DNA of 64,000 nucleotides from Bdellovibrionales bacterium (GCA_965226095.1 OZ245336.1:1481308-1545307); one strand, 5' to 3'. Shown: positions 40,151 to 50,271, numbered from the stretch's first letter. Made by a program: numbers and translations. Notes: generated by a model from the sequence alone, not told the origin.

Positions 40151-40200
40151 AATAACACACCCAGCTGCCGGCAGGTAAGTAAACCTAGATATTTACTGCT
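40151..40200 (+). repeat. GC-rich palindromic module + (C)TAGATATTTAC module, overlapping the 3' end of the next gene
   Basis: aataacacacccagctgccggcaggtaagtaaacctagatatttactgct. The last 6 codons and the stop of ORF 40185..42197 are supplied by the repeat. Confidence 0.9.
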
Positions 40201-42197
40201 ACACCTATTCCCAGTTCAGTGTTTAACATATCACGCCAGGCTTCGTAAATCATAACCATTGCAAGAGTGTCCAGTTCACAATACTTAAGTAAGGCAGACT
40301 CAAGTTCTTTTTTCTCATACTCGCTTATTTCACTAAATTGCATCCTTCCATAAGCAGTTAAAGCTGCTCCACCATTGGATAATTCATCTTCTTCTGATAA
40401 CAGACTCATATTCTTATCCGACACATCCTGAAACATTTTAGGTAGCCGTTTATAGGGTTCAACAATACTCCCTTCTTTCCATTCAATCCATTTCCAATCC
40501 TTAAAGTTCAAGCTTTTTATACCTTCTGAAGAACCATAAATAGGCTTGCTGTATTTCTCTTGCAAAAATTTTGAGGAGTTTAACACAGCAGGAAGGACTT
40601 GCTTAATAGAATTTGATCCTTTGGTATAAGGAGCATAGAAAAACCTTTTTACCAATTCGTACATATCCACCATACACCTATCACCTTCCCATTTTTCAGA
40701 ATTTGACCGGTTGGATTTTGTAATAGATTTTATAAATTCACAAAGAACCTTTCTGTCTGGAATATTGTTTTGGTCTTCTAACAACTGACGATAAATTTTA
40801 TTTAAATAGGTATTCTCATGACTTGCATATCTAAATATAGTGCCCTTATCTTTTTCAAGCTCACTCTTTAATTGTCTTACAAACTCATAGTTAGGAAAAA
40901 CACCTTGTTTTGTATTTAAAAATTGTCCGGCATGTTCTATTGTTCCGTCTTCATAGACTACATGGTGAGAAAACTGAAAGGCTACTCCCTCGTAAGGCTT
41001 ACGGCCTTTATTAAAAGGAAAAGCAACAGAGCTTGTTTCAAAGTCAATAAAATGTAATGGGAATATCCATTTGTCCATTTCGTTTTTCATTCCTTGAACA
41101 TCCAGGAAAGGTTTTATTTCTCCTCTCTGGGCCATTTTAACCTGAAGCCATTGTCTCTCACTAGAAGACATACCTGATTTTTTATCTTCTTTAGGACACA
41201 CATCTTCTTCAACCAAACTGGATAATTTGACTTTCCCATTTTGTATCAATTTATCTTTTTTTCTAAAACCACAAATGCTCAAAACATTTTCATCTTCAAA
41301 ATCTTTATCAGACCAATTTAGCTGTGAAGACCAACATTCTTTAAAACCACTTTTAAAACCAGTTTGTTCTTCTTCCTTTGAACAGGTAAATTCACACTCT
41401 GCACACTTTGAACCAATATCTGAAACAATCTTCTCGTCCTTTTCGTATTTCTCAGCTAAAAATGAAACTTCATCAAAAAAGTTTCTATTTCTTTGTTCTG
41501 CTGAATCGTTGCCGTCATAAATCAGTTGAATTTCCTTATCCACAGGAACTTGCACTAAAATTTTCTTATCTAAACATTCTTTAGGTAGAGTATTAGAGAC
41601 CTTAATACCTTTTCTGTTATTTTCATCTCTAATAATTTTAAATTTCTGATTTAAACCTTCAACAGGGCATTTTGCGTTCTTATCTACCAGCATTAAATAG
41701 GATGTAACTGAAGCTTCGGGATAAGCACTTGTCAGAACATATTTTTGAAAAGCTATATCGTATAAGTAGGACTTCCAACTTGATTTTATTGTTGTTCCTT
41801 TTTTACTTAAAAATGGTCTTTCTTTATTCCCATCAAATGACTTGGATTTGACTTCAATAAGTTGAAACTGATTACCTTTTTTAATTAAAACATCAATTCT
41901 TATAAAAAGATTTTTAAATTTGATAGCTGGCTCATAAATAATAACTTCATCTTGCTTCAATAGCTCTAGTGTTTGAGCCTGCGCTTCCTCATAATCAAGG
42001 GTTGTAATATCATGTCCATTAGGAAAATACAGCTTTGCAAGCTCCCCTACTTGATAACCTCCGTCTGCGAGGGCAGAAAGAAAGGGATCATCTATTTTTT
42101 GATTTGGGTATTCTGACTTCCTTGTGTAATAGAGTTTTGTTGGACATTCCAGACCCAATTTAAAGCGTGATTTTGTTAAATATCTATGATTTTTCAT
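40185..42197 (-). CDS. DUF2779-like protein (N-terminal PD-(D/E)XK/Cas4-like nuclease region plus C-terminal DFET exonuclease-like region)
   Basis: 670 aa. N-terminus YLTKSRFKLGLECPTKLYY...IRIDVLIKKGNQFQLIEVKSKS. C-terminal FPLHFIDFETSSVAFPFNKGRKPYEGVAFQFSHHV matches my recollection of the DUF2779 hallmark. Confidence 0.6.
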   Translation of the reverse strand: MKNHRYLTKSRFKLGLECPTKLYYTRKSEYPNQKIDDPFLSALADGGYQVGELAKLYFPNGHDITTLDYEEAQAQTLELLKQDEVIIYEPAIKFKNLFIRIDVLIKKGNQFQLIEVKSKSFDGNKERPFLSKKGTTIKSSWKSYLYDIAFQKYVLTSAYPEASVTSYLMLVDKNAKCPVEGLNQKFKIIRDENNRKGIKVSNTLPKECLDKKILVQVPVDKEIQLIYDGNDSAEQRNRNFFDEVSFLAEKYEKDEKIVSDIGSKCAECEFTCSKEEEQTGFKSGFKECWSSQLNWSDKDFEDENVLSICGFRKKDKLIQNGKVKLSSLVEEDVCPKEDKKSGMSSSERQWLQVKMAQRGEIKPFLDVQGMKNEMDKWIFPLHFIDFETSSVAFPFNKGRKPYEGVAFQFSHHVVYEDGTIEHAGQFLNTKQGVFPNYEFVRQLKSELEKDKGTIFRYASHENTYLNKIYRQLLEDQNNIPDRKVLCEFIKSITKSNRSNSEKWEGDRCMVDMYELVKRFFYAPYTKGSNSIKQVLPAVLNSSKFLQEKYSKPIYGSSEGIKSLNFKDWKWIEWKEGSIVEPYKRLPKMFQDVSDKNMSLLSEEDELSNGGAALTAYGRMQFSEISEYEKKELESALLKYCELDTLAMVMIYEAWRDMLNTELGIGVAVNI

Positions 42198-42237
42198 TTT
42201 AAGGTATCATATCGGATAATTTTGATAAAACTTGAAT

Positions 42238-42353
42238 TTCAGATATTTACAGTCATTCTTGTCACTGCCGTCATTCCGGCCTTGAGCCGGAATCCAGAAA
42301 ACAAATTGTCATTTCTACATCCACCGTCATTCCGGCCTTGATCCGGAATCCAG
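42238..42353 (+). repeat. TTCAGATATTTAC module + 2 hairpin units
   Basis: ttcagatatttacagtcattcttgtcactgcc, gtcattccggccttgagccggaatccag, and a second unit with one arm mismatch (ccttgatccgg). Confidence 0.95.
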
Positions 42354-42490
42354 TCAACTTCTCAATTTATTAATAGCTATTTTAAATCTTATTTGTTCTA
42401 AAATTACCATAGTCTAGTTTAAGCAGTGTTTTTATATATTATTTAGTATAAACCCTTAAGTTGATTTCAAAATAGCCGATAAATTCAATT

Positions 42491-43259
42491 ATGGAAGCAA
42501 CTAAAGAGATTCTTCTTGCTCATCATCGGAGCAAAAAGAGAATCCTTACTTTGGGGAAGTTTTCACCCCTGAGAAATATGTCAATCAAATGTTGGATATG
42601 TTGGACAAGTTGTTTGGATAGATACCAATACTGTTTTTTTTGAGCCAACATGTGGGCACGGAAATTTCGTTGAAGCTATTGTTGAAAGACGGATACACGC
42701 TTTCTTGAGAAAAGCAAAAAGACAAAAGATTAAAAATCCTCATTTCTATACTGTAGCAAATACTTTAAACAATCTATGGGCTATAGATATTGATTCAAAA
42801 AATATAGAGTTTTGCCGAAATAGAGTGAGAACTCTCATTTTCAATTTCCTATTTATCTTTTGAACATGAGAGAAATATTCTATCATCAGCAGATTTTATA
42901 AGAACTAATGAAGATTTTTTAACTCACGTTTTATGCTGTATTGAATGGCAGATACATGAAAACGAAACACTTTCATGTTTGGAGGCAAATGTTCTTAAAG
43001 CCAAAGAGATAGTAAATAGAACGACTGTCAGCAAAAAATGGTTAAAAAAAAATAAACATCGACCCTAAATTTTGAAATGAATTGGTGCCAGTATTTTAAA
43101 GGCTATAAAAGAGAAAACATTATTCCAGATGAATATACAAAGAATTTTAGAGTTATCAATTCATTAGTAAATAGCAAAAAAAAGTATCATAGAAAGAAAG
43201 AAATCTTAGAGACCTTTCCCATGCCAGACTTTAATATCGAAATACCAACAGTCGCTTAA
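42491..43259 (+). pseudogene. remnant of an N6-adenine DNA methyltransferase-like gene (multiple frameshifts/stops)
   Basis: No ORF of 60 aa or more covers 42491-43076. Across two frames one reads YFGEVFTPEKYVNQMLDMLDK and DTNTVFFEPTCGHGNFVEAIVER...LWAIDIDSKNIEFCRNRV, an AdoMet-binding motif I context. No NPPY motif was found, so the extent is uncertain. Confidence 0.45.
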
Positions 43260-43277
43260 AAAAATATAGGAGATTTT

Positions 43278-44718
43278 ATGTCAGCCCAATTAAAACTTAC
43301 TAATGTCAATACCCATGTTGTGGATATTTTGGGCAGTGTTAAAGGACGAGATCAGCCCGTGATGAAAATGGATAAGGCTGTAGAATTAGTCAAATGTTTA
43401 GATGAAGAGTTCTTTATAAATGATGATTATGTATTCTTTGATCCTTTTTTAAAGCTGGAGAAATTTTATTAGCCACAGCTCTTGTTTCAACACTTCATAA
43501 ATCCCAAAAGAAACTTGTGCTTTTGGATGTAGTTTATAACGAGATATATCAGAGTGATAGATACTTTGCTCTAGCTCCTGATGAAAGACACTACAATCTT
43601 AGTCTTAGAACCTTTTATGGAAATGAATAAATCTCATGATAAAAATTTTACTGAAAATATTAAAAATGGTGGCTATCTGTCAGAAATTGACGGACGGCTA
43701 AATAAAGAAAAATTTAACAAGGAGTTAAAAGCTATGCTGGAATATATCAAAGAAAAAACCAGAAATAAAAAAATTGTTGCTGTTGGAAACCCTCCTTACC
43801 AAGAAGAAGATGAAGGTCACGGAAAAAGTGCCAAACCTGTTTATAATATTTTTATTGAATCTCTAATTGATTCACAGGAAATTAGTAAGTTTTCTTTAGT
43901 TATCCCTGCTCGTTGGTTTTCTGGAGGTAAAGGGTTAGATAATTTTCGTAATAGAATGATAATAAATAAAAAACTTAAAAAAATAACTTACTTTGAAAAT
44001 TCTTCTTTTATTTTTCCAACTGTAGATATTAGAGGCGGAATATTGGGATAAATTTATAGGAGAAACTACTATTGATAACGGAAAAAAAACAAAGAAATGA
44101 TCTTTCTAAATGGGACATTTTGTCCCCCATGTTGAAGCACATTCAATACTTAATAAAGTATTGAATAGGAGTGATACATTTGTTTCTGAAGCAGTGTGGT
44201 CAAGAAAACCTTTTGGTTTGTCCGGCGATTATTTTTTAAAAAATAAAACAGATCACTCTAAATCAGATCAATTTGTTGAATGTTTAAGTGTAGGAAAACA
44301 AATTAATAAAATTCCTAAAGAACTAGTCCTAACAAATAAAAACAAAGTAAATGAGTATCAGATAGCTTTTCCAAGAGCTTCTGGTGGCGGTAAAGGTAGA
44401 AGAGATCAAATTCTCCTACGGCCAAAACATTTTTTTATTTTGGGAAAAGGACAAATCTCAACAGAAACATATAGTGTAGCTCATAGTTTTAAGGATAGAA
44501 AAGAAGCTGAAAACTTTTTATTATTTTTACAAACTTTTGCGAGATTTTTATTAGGACTCAGAAAACCAACACAAGATACGAAAAGAAATACTTTTGCATG
44601 GATTCCACTAATGGATGCTAAAAAGTCTTGGACAGATGAGGAATTGTTTAAACATTTTGGTATCAATAAAGAAGAGCAAAAATATATTATAGAACAAGTA
44701 GAGAAATGGACAGCTTAA
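43278..44718 (+). pseudogene. adenine-specific DNA methyltransferase (NPPY class), disrupted by several frameshifts and stops
   Basis: Good RBS (taggag) before the ATG at 43278. Three ORF pieces (43278-43472, 43581-44051, 44110-44718) plus an alternate-frame stretch (GEILLATALV...). Catalytic VGNPPYQ. C-terminal WTDEELFKHFGINKEEQKYIIEQVEKW is typical of these methylases. Confidence 0.7.
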
Positions 44719-44791
44719 CAAGTTTTTAATATTGAAAACTTGTTATAGCTTCAAAAGGAAAATTTTTGTGAAAAAAAGAATACGCCGGTCA

Positions 44792-45475
44792 ATGATACTT
44801 ACTCAAAAATTAGAAGGTATCTCAAAAAAAATATTTGAAAGATATAAAAAAAAAGTAATCCTATATATTGGAAATAAACCAGGAGTATATGCTCTTTATG
44901 ATGAAAAAGAGTTATACTATGTAGGTCGTGCCTCTGATTTGGCAAAAAGAGTTAATGATCATTTGAAGGATCGACATTCTGCACTTTGGACTCATTTTTC
45001 AGTTTATTTTACTAAAAAAGCACAATATGCAAATGATATAGAAGCTGTAATTATTTCTGTAGCACAACCTAAAGGAAATAAAGAAACACCCAAATTGGGA
45101 AAAGAAAAAAAACTTAAAGATATTCTTAGAAAAGCTATAAAAGAGAGTCACCAAGAAGAATTAAGAGAACTAGGGTTGAGTAGAAAAAAACAAGTTGATT
45201 TAAAGAAAAAGAGAAAAAGGAAAAATAGACCTGTCTTAAAAAATTATTTTAATAAAAACAAACCTTTAATGAAATCTTATAAAGGTAAAATCTATAAGGC
45301 TGTATTGCTGAAGTCAGGTAAAATTAAATATAATAAGAGAGAGTATGATACTCCCACTTCAGCTGCAGAAGCGATTGTAAAAATGCATTTACCAAATTCA
45401 GCTGTTAATGGTTGGTATTTTTGGTTTATTAAAGATTCTGAAAACAATTGGATTAAGTTAAACGAACTGGATTAA
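44792..45475 (+). CDS. GIY-YIG nuclease-domain protein with DUF4357-like C-terminal domain
   Basis: GVYALYDEKELYYVGRASDLAKRVNDH (GIY...YVG...R). C-terminal YDTPTSAAEAIVKMHLPNSAVNGWYFW resembles the SPSxAA...NGW motif of DUF4357. ATG at 44792; the ORF-track TTG is at 44732. Confidence 0.65.
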   Translation: MILTQKLEGISKKIFERYKKKVILYIGNKPGVYALYDEKELYYVGRASDLAKRVNDHLKDRHSALWTHFSVYFTKKAQYANDIEAVIISVAQPKGNKETPKLGKEKKLKDILRKAIKESHQEELRELGLSRKKQVDLKKKRKRKNRPVLKNYFNKNKPLMKSYKGKIYKAVLLKSGKIKYNKREYDTPTSAAEAIVKMHLPNSAVNGWYFWFIKDSENNWIKLNELD

Positions 45476-45489
45476 GAAAGGTAATTAAT

Positions 45490-47894
45490 ATGTCTGAAAA
45501 ATTAGAACTTTATGTTTATACTACAAACACTTGGCAAGAAAAAGGTTTGTTAAAGGTGGGACATTGTTTGAGAGGACGACATGAAGAGCGTATCAATGAA
45601 CAATTTAATGCCAGTAACCCTGATAAACCTAAAATTCTGTGGTTCGTAGAGTTGCCAGAGGGAAAAACAGATAAGCATATTCATCAACAATTAATAGATA
45701 ATGGGATTAAACATAAAGAAGATGGTGCAGGAACAGAATGGTTTTATGCAAATTTAGAGGATGTAAAAACCGCTTATAATCAAATGATTTGTGGGGTTAA
45801 ACGAACAGACCGTTTTCCTTTGAGAAGAGAACAGAAAGAAGCTGTAGATAAAGCTGTTAAATGGTTTAACAAAGACTATTCTTATAAGACAATAGATTCA
45901 GCTACTCATAAAAACAGGTTTTTATTAAATGCTAAAATGAGATTTGGAAAATGTTTTACTGGTATCCATATTGCAAAAGCTATTGAGGCAAAAAAGACCA
46001 TTATTGTTACCTATAAACCAAGAGTTATTGAGGAGTGGATGAATGCTGTCAATAACCATGTAGATTTCAAAGATTGGACAGGAATCAGAGCAAAACAAGG
46101 AGAAAATAGAAATGAACTTTTTCTTAATGAAATAGGTGATTTTCCTGAACATTCAGATTCTTTAGTCTTATGTGTGTCTTTACAGGATTTGGATATTGAT
46201 GATCAGGGAAATGTAAAAGGCCGGCTCAAAAAAGTTTTAGAAACAAAATGGGACTTACTTATTTTTGATGAAGTGCATTTTGGAGGAAGAACGAATAGAT
46301 TTAAGAATATTTTAAAATACTTAGATCCACAATTTCGCCTTGAGCTTTCTGGAACTCCTTTTCGTCTCATTGGAACAGTAGATTTTTGCCCTGAACAGGT
46401 TTTTACCTACAGTTATCTTGATGAACAGAAAAATAAGAAACAAGAGATTCAAAGTGACCCAGAACAAAAACAACTTTTTATTTATAGACAAATGCCAAAT
46501 TTGAATCTTTCTACTATAGAAATTACAGATAAAGATATAAAACATCAAAAAGAAAAATTTATGACAGATGACAGGGACTTTTCTTTAAATGAATTATTTA
46601 AAGCAACTAATTCAGGTTTTATTCATAATGATGCTGTAGATCACTTTTTAGAAAGTCTGTCAAAAAGAGATTATGGGGCTACTGCTTTGAGTGTTTATGG
46701 AAAATTAGGAGAACAGTTAGGTCTTTCAAACAAAAGACATAGTATTTGGTGGTTAAAGTGTTCAGTCTATTAAGCAACTTATAAAAAAGTCTAAAACATC
46801 ATCCTATTTTTTCTCAATATGAAATTATCAATGCGGCTGGTGGAAAAGCTGGTGATGATTTATCTGATGACGATTTATCTGATGAAATTTTTGCAAAAAA
46901 CAAAAAAGATATAATAAACACAATTGAAAAGGTTAATACCAATGAAATTAACAAGATTGGCACAATAACACTTACTTGTAGGAAATTTTTAACAGGTGTT
47001 ACTATTAAACAATGGGATTCCATGTTGATATTAAATGATATTCAATCGGCAGAAAGTTATTTTCAAGCTATTTTTCGGATTCAATCAGCTTGGTTTGATA
47101 GAGAATATAATAAAGTGTTAAAGCCTGTGGGATATGTTTTTGATTTTGCTATTTCTCGTTGTTTACGAACTACTTATAGTTATGCAAATGCTTTGGCTGA
47201 TCAGTTAGATCAACAGGACAGTTCTAAATATCAAGCTTGTAGGAATAGTAATTTAGTGAAGGTAATTGACGGTTTCTGTGACACTTTGAACATCAAACAA
47301 TTTTATGAGGGAAGTTTAAAGAGTGATCCTGTAACTTCTCGGCAAATATTTGAAGCAATAGCCAGTGAAGGTTCTGTAGTTGCTTTAGCCAAAAGAATTA
47401 CCAGTGATGTTTTGGTGTCCTTTCCTTCTCTATCTCTTTTGGAGAGTTATCCACACTTGTTTGAAGCATTAAAAAATGTGAAAGGTTACAGAAGTCAGCA
47501 AGCTGGTAGCCTTGAGGATTTTATTCGAATAGGAGATGAAGCTAAAAGAAAAAAGTTAGAAAAAGATAAATTAGAACCTAATGATGAAAAAACTGCAAAA
47601 GATAATGAAGATTTTGTAGAAAAAGATAAAGATAAAGATAAGAAAAATAAAAAGAAATGGTATGCGACACAAATTAAAAGATTGGCCATTTGTATGGCTG
47701 ATTTTATTTATATGACTTATAAAAGAGAATATAAAATTGATGAAGTTATCGAAACAAAGTATCCAAAATTTTTTAAAACTGTTACAGGTATCAGTAAAGA
47801 TGATTTTTGTGAACTTTGTGAAAAAGGGTTTATACATAAGAGTCACTCAATCGTATTGTTAGAGAGTTTGCCTTCCGAGAAGAAAGCTCTGTAA
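45490..47894 (+). pseudogene. T5orf172/GIY-YIG-like N-terminal domain + DEAD/DEAH-type helicase, interrupted
   Basis: N-terminus LYVYTT...GLLKVGH...GTEWFYANLEDV. Walker A-like AKMRFGKC and DEVH box (LLIFDEVHFGG). Frame 1 stops at 46773. The homologous text continues in frame 3, which has its own TAA at 46782-46784 and is open from 46785 (HHPIFSQYEIINAAGG...QAIFRIQSAW) to 47894. Confidence 0.65.
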
Positions 47895-47982
47895 AACCAG
47901 AAGAATATATTTTTGAGCATATACAACAAATTACGGATAAAAAATCCGCTTAAAATCTTAAAATTATTTAGTTTTTTTAAAT

Positions 47983-48018
47983 GACTGGATTCTTGCTTTC
48001 GCAGAGGTAGGAATCCAG
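47983..48018 (-). repeat. degenerate hairpin repeat unit (reverse orientation)
   Basis: gactggattcttgctttcgcagaggtaggaatccag, with CTGGATTC...GAATCCAG arms. Confidence 0.7.
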
Positions 48019-48045
48019 AAAACTAAAACCTATTATTTATATGTT

Positions 48046-49251
48046 CTATTTTCGTAAGTAATAACTCCACTTCCCTCTGACTTTATTATGTTTAGAAAAT
48101 ATAAATTGATTGTGATTAGCACACAACAGTCTTAAGTTATCAGGCTCACTTGTGCCACCTAACGAAAAAGGTTTAATGTGATCTATTTGCAACAAGTGAT
48201 TGGATGAACATCTTCTTTTTGTCTTTGGACAAATATAAGTACACTGCCCCTGATCTCTCATCCACACATGATGTCTCACTACTGAAGGAATATATCTTGT
48301 GTATTTTGAATGTTTTTTTGTTGTTTGTTCTAAAGAAGCTTTTTTGAATGTGCTTTTACTTTGTTTATTTAATTTTCGTTTAGGATCATATTTGTCTAAA
48401 CCCAGTTCTGCTAGTAGTGTGAATAACTCTCCATAGGACATATTGGGATTTTTATGTGATAAGAGCTTTTTTAAATCTTCCAGGTTTTGCTGACAATTTT
48501 TGTCCAAAATTACTTTTATCTCTACTTTATCATTATTTATATCTCTAACTTTTTCTTTTGAAATGGGAATTTCAGGATCTATCTCAAAAAGTGTCTTTTC
48601 CAACTCACGACTGGACTGACCTTCCGCTTTTTGTATTAAATCCAGTTTTTGAGTAGAATTTAACTCCAAAGTGGTTTTATTTTTTTGCTTATCCTCTAAT
48701 TTGTTCTCTTCTTTTTTGCCTTCATCCGCATTGTTATTAACGCACCCAGCTGCCGGCAGGTAAGTAGACTTAGAATCACACCCCTTTAAATTGCTTTCTT
48801 TAAGTGTTTTATCCTTCCTTCTCTTTTTCTCAAAAAAAGTTTGTAATTGAGAAGCTGTAGTTAAGTTTAAACTTCCACTTTTTATCTTTGGTGTGGCTTG
48901 TGGGATATCACGGCATAATCTCATAGCTTTAATTCTCCTATAAGCAGCACTGTGACTATAATCCAATTCCTTAATGGCATATTCAAATAGGCTAGGAAAA
49001 CCTCTTTTAAGATAGAGCTTTCTACTTTCTATTTCCTGTAAGTGTTGCAGCACTTGGATATTGATTTGTCTTTCTTTTTGAACCAGATTTTTTTGTGAAA
49101 GCAATTGGTCATTGCTGAGTTTTTTTAAATTTGTATTTATTTTTATTTCTGTACTTGTATTGACTGGATTCCTGTCCCTGTTTTCACAGGGATAAACTTT
49201 TTTTTCGCAGGAATGACGACGTATATTTTGTTTTTCCTGTTGTATGTACAT
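48046..49251 (-). CDS. HNH endonuclease (DUF222-like N-terminal region) carrying repeat-element insertions
   Basis: C-terminal HNH motif: QCTYICPKTKRRCSSNHLLQIDHIKPFSLGGTSEPDNLRLLCANHNQF. N-terminal LQEIESRKLYLKRGFPSLFEYAIKELDYSHSAAYRRIKAMRL. Codons 10-32 and the STYLPAAGCV segment are encoded by repeat modules. Confidence 0.75.
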   Translation of the reverse strand: MYIQQEKQNIRRHSCEKKVYPCENRDRNPVNTSTEIKINTNLKKLSNDQLLSQKNLVQKERQINIQVLQHLQEIESRKLYLKRGFPSLFEYAIKELDYSHSAAYRRIKAMRLCRDIPQATPKIKSGSLNLTTASQLQTFFEKKRRKDKTLKESNLKGCDSKSTYLPAAGCVNNNADEGKKEENKLEDKQKNKTTLELNSTQKLDLIQKAEGQSSRELEKTLFEIDPEIPISKEKVRDINNDKVEIKVILDKNCQQNLEDLKKLLSHKNPNMSYGELFTLLAELGLDKYDPKRKLNKQSKSTFKKASLEQTTKKHSKYTRYIPSVVRHHVWMRDQGQCTYICPKTKRRCSSNHLLQIDHIKPFSLGGTSEPDNLRLLCANHNQFIFSKHNKVRGKWSYYLRK

Positions 49252-49450
49252 AAAAAATACCTCCTATGTTGTTACTGTTACCTTTATAAGGGAAAAACAA
49301 TATAACATGGGTTTTTAAAAGAGATTTTTATAAGGGTGGAGCTTAGTTATAGCTTCAAGCTTTAAGGCACCTGATAGCTTCATAAATAGGTTGTTTTACT
49401 CTTAAGCTTTAAAAAACATTTAGATGATAGAAAAAAAGCAACCACGATGA

Positions 49451-49515
49451 AATATAAGCATCAAAAATCCTGTCAAGATTTTTTACAATAAGAACAGTGT
49501 GTAAATTAAATATAC
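49451..49515 (+). promoter_or_regulatory. conserved ~65-bp upstream element with near-palindrome AAAAATCCTGTCAAGATTTTT (copy A)
   Basis: aatataagcatcaaaaatcctgtcaagattttttacaataagaacagtgtgtaaattaaatata. A second copy is found at 50207-50271. Lies about 110 bp upstream of ORF 49623. Confidence 0.5.
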
Positions 49516-49622
49516 TAATTTTAATTTTTTTCATACATTAGTCTAAATTTTTACACATTTTTTCAGAGTTTTTTTAATATAACCCTTTAGATTGAAACTA
49601 AGTAGGCCGATAAAGTTATGTC

Positions 49623-50189
49623 ATGGAGGCAATCGAGAATATTCTGCAATTTATATATTATCGGAGTAAAAAAGAATCCGAAGTTTTAAAGCAGTTTTCA
49701 TTTTTGAAAAATATGTTAGAAATAATAAAAATAATTTTAATATCAATATTACTTGTATTTAGCTTTAATAGCTACTCACTGTTAGCTTTAGATTGTAAAG
49801 ATTTAAAAGGATTAAGTCTTAGAAATGAAAAATTTTCGAAGGACAGCTTTTCTAAGGCTCGTCTACTTATTACATTTTTTAGTAATAACAATAGTATGTT
49901 CTATAATTGGAATCAAAATACAGGAACTTTTGTTGATATGTGGAATAGCATTAAAGGATTTGAAGAATTAAAAGTTGTGCAAAGTAACTCTAATATGGCT
50001 TTAGGGTATTCAGTTAAAAATGGTTTAGAAGGTATAAGGATTCATTTTAAAAAGAAAACAGCTGTATATGCTAAACATGTAGCACCTCTTATTGATGGCT
50101 TTGGGACAGACGGTATTTATAAAATGAAGTGTATTGATGTAACACAAGAGTTACAACAGGTTACAAAAAGTAGCAATAAGGAAAATTAA
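49623..50189 (+). CDS. hypothetical secreted/membrane protein
   Basis: 188 aa. Internal Met followed by a hydrophobic segment (MLEIIKIILISILLVFSFNSYS), so the real start may be downstream. No recognisable domain. Confidence 0.35.
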   Translation: MEAIENILQFIYYRSKKESEVLKQFSFLKNMLEIIKIILISILLVFSFNSYSLLALDCKDLKGLSLRNEKFSKDSFSKARLLITFFSNNNSMFYNWNQNTGTFVDMWNSIKGFEELKVVQSNSNMALGYSVKNGLEGIRIHFKKKTAVYAKHVAPLIDGFGTDGIYKMKCIDVTQELQQVTKSSNKEN

Positions 50190-50206
50190 AAAGAACGAAT
50201 ATAAAA

Positions 50207-50271
50207 AATATAAGCATCAAAAATCTTGTCAAGATTTTTTACTAGTAAAACAATGCGTAAATTAAATGTAT
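50207..50271 (+). promoter_or_regulatory. conserved ~65-bp upstream element with perfect 10-1-10 palindrome AAAAATCTTG-T-CAAGATTTTT (copy B)
   Basis: aatataagcatcaaaaatcttgtcaagattttttactagtaaaacaatgcgtaaattaaatgta. Lies about 55 bp upstream of ORF 50326. Confidence 0.5.

Noticed and set aside
40171-40180. CAG|GTAAGT inside the GC-rich motif matches the eukaryotic 5' splice-donor consensus (its complement resembles the U1 snRNA 5' end)
   Set aside because: The context is clearly bacterial: operons, RBSs, and sigma-54 and sigma-70 promoters. The match is most simply a coincidence of a 9-mer. It shows no group II intron features (no GUGYG 5' end, no domain V).
34191-42353. Integron-like cassette array (single genes, mostly one orientation, separated by structured repeats)
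   Set aside because: No intI integrase or attI is present in the window. The repeats lack the attC R-box (GTTRRRY) organisation. The OMP units carry their own promoters, unlike integron cassettes.
42653-42670. TGGGCACGGAAATTTCGT resembles the sigma-54 promoter found at 20285
   Set aside because: The -12 element is TTCG rather than TTGC, and the spacing is off by one. It lies inside the methyltransferase remnant, where it encodes the CGHGNF AdoMet motif.
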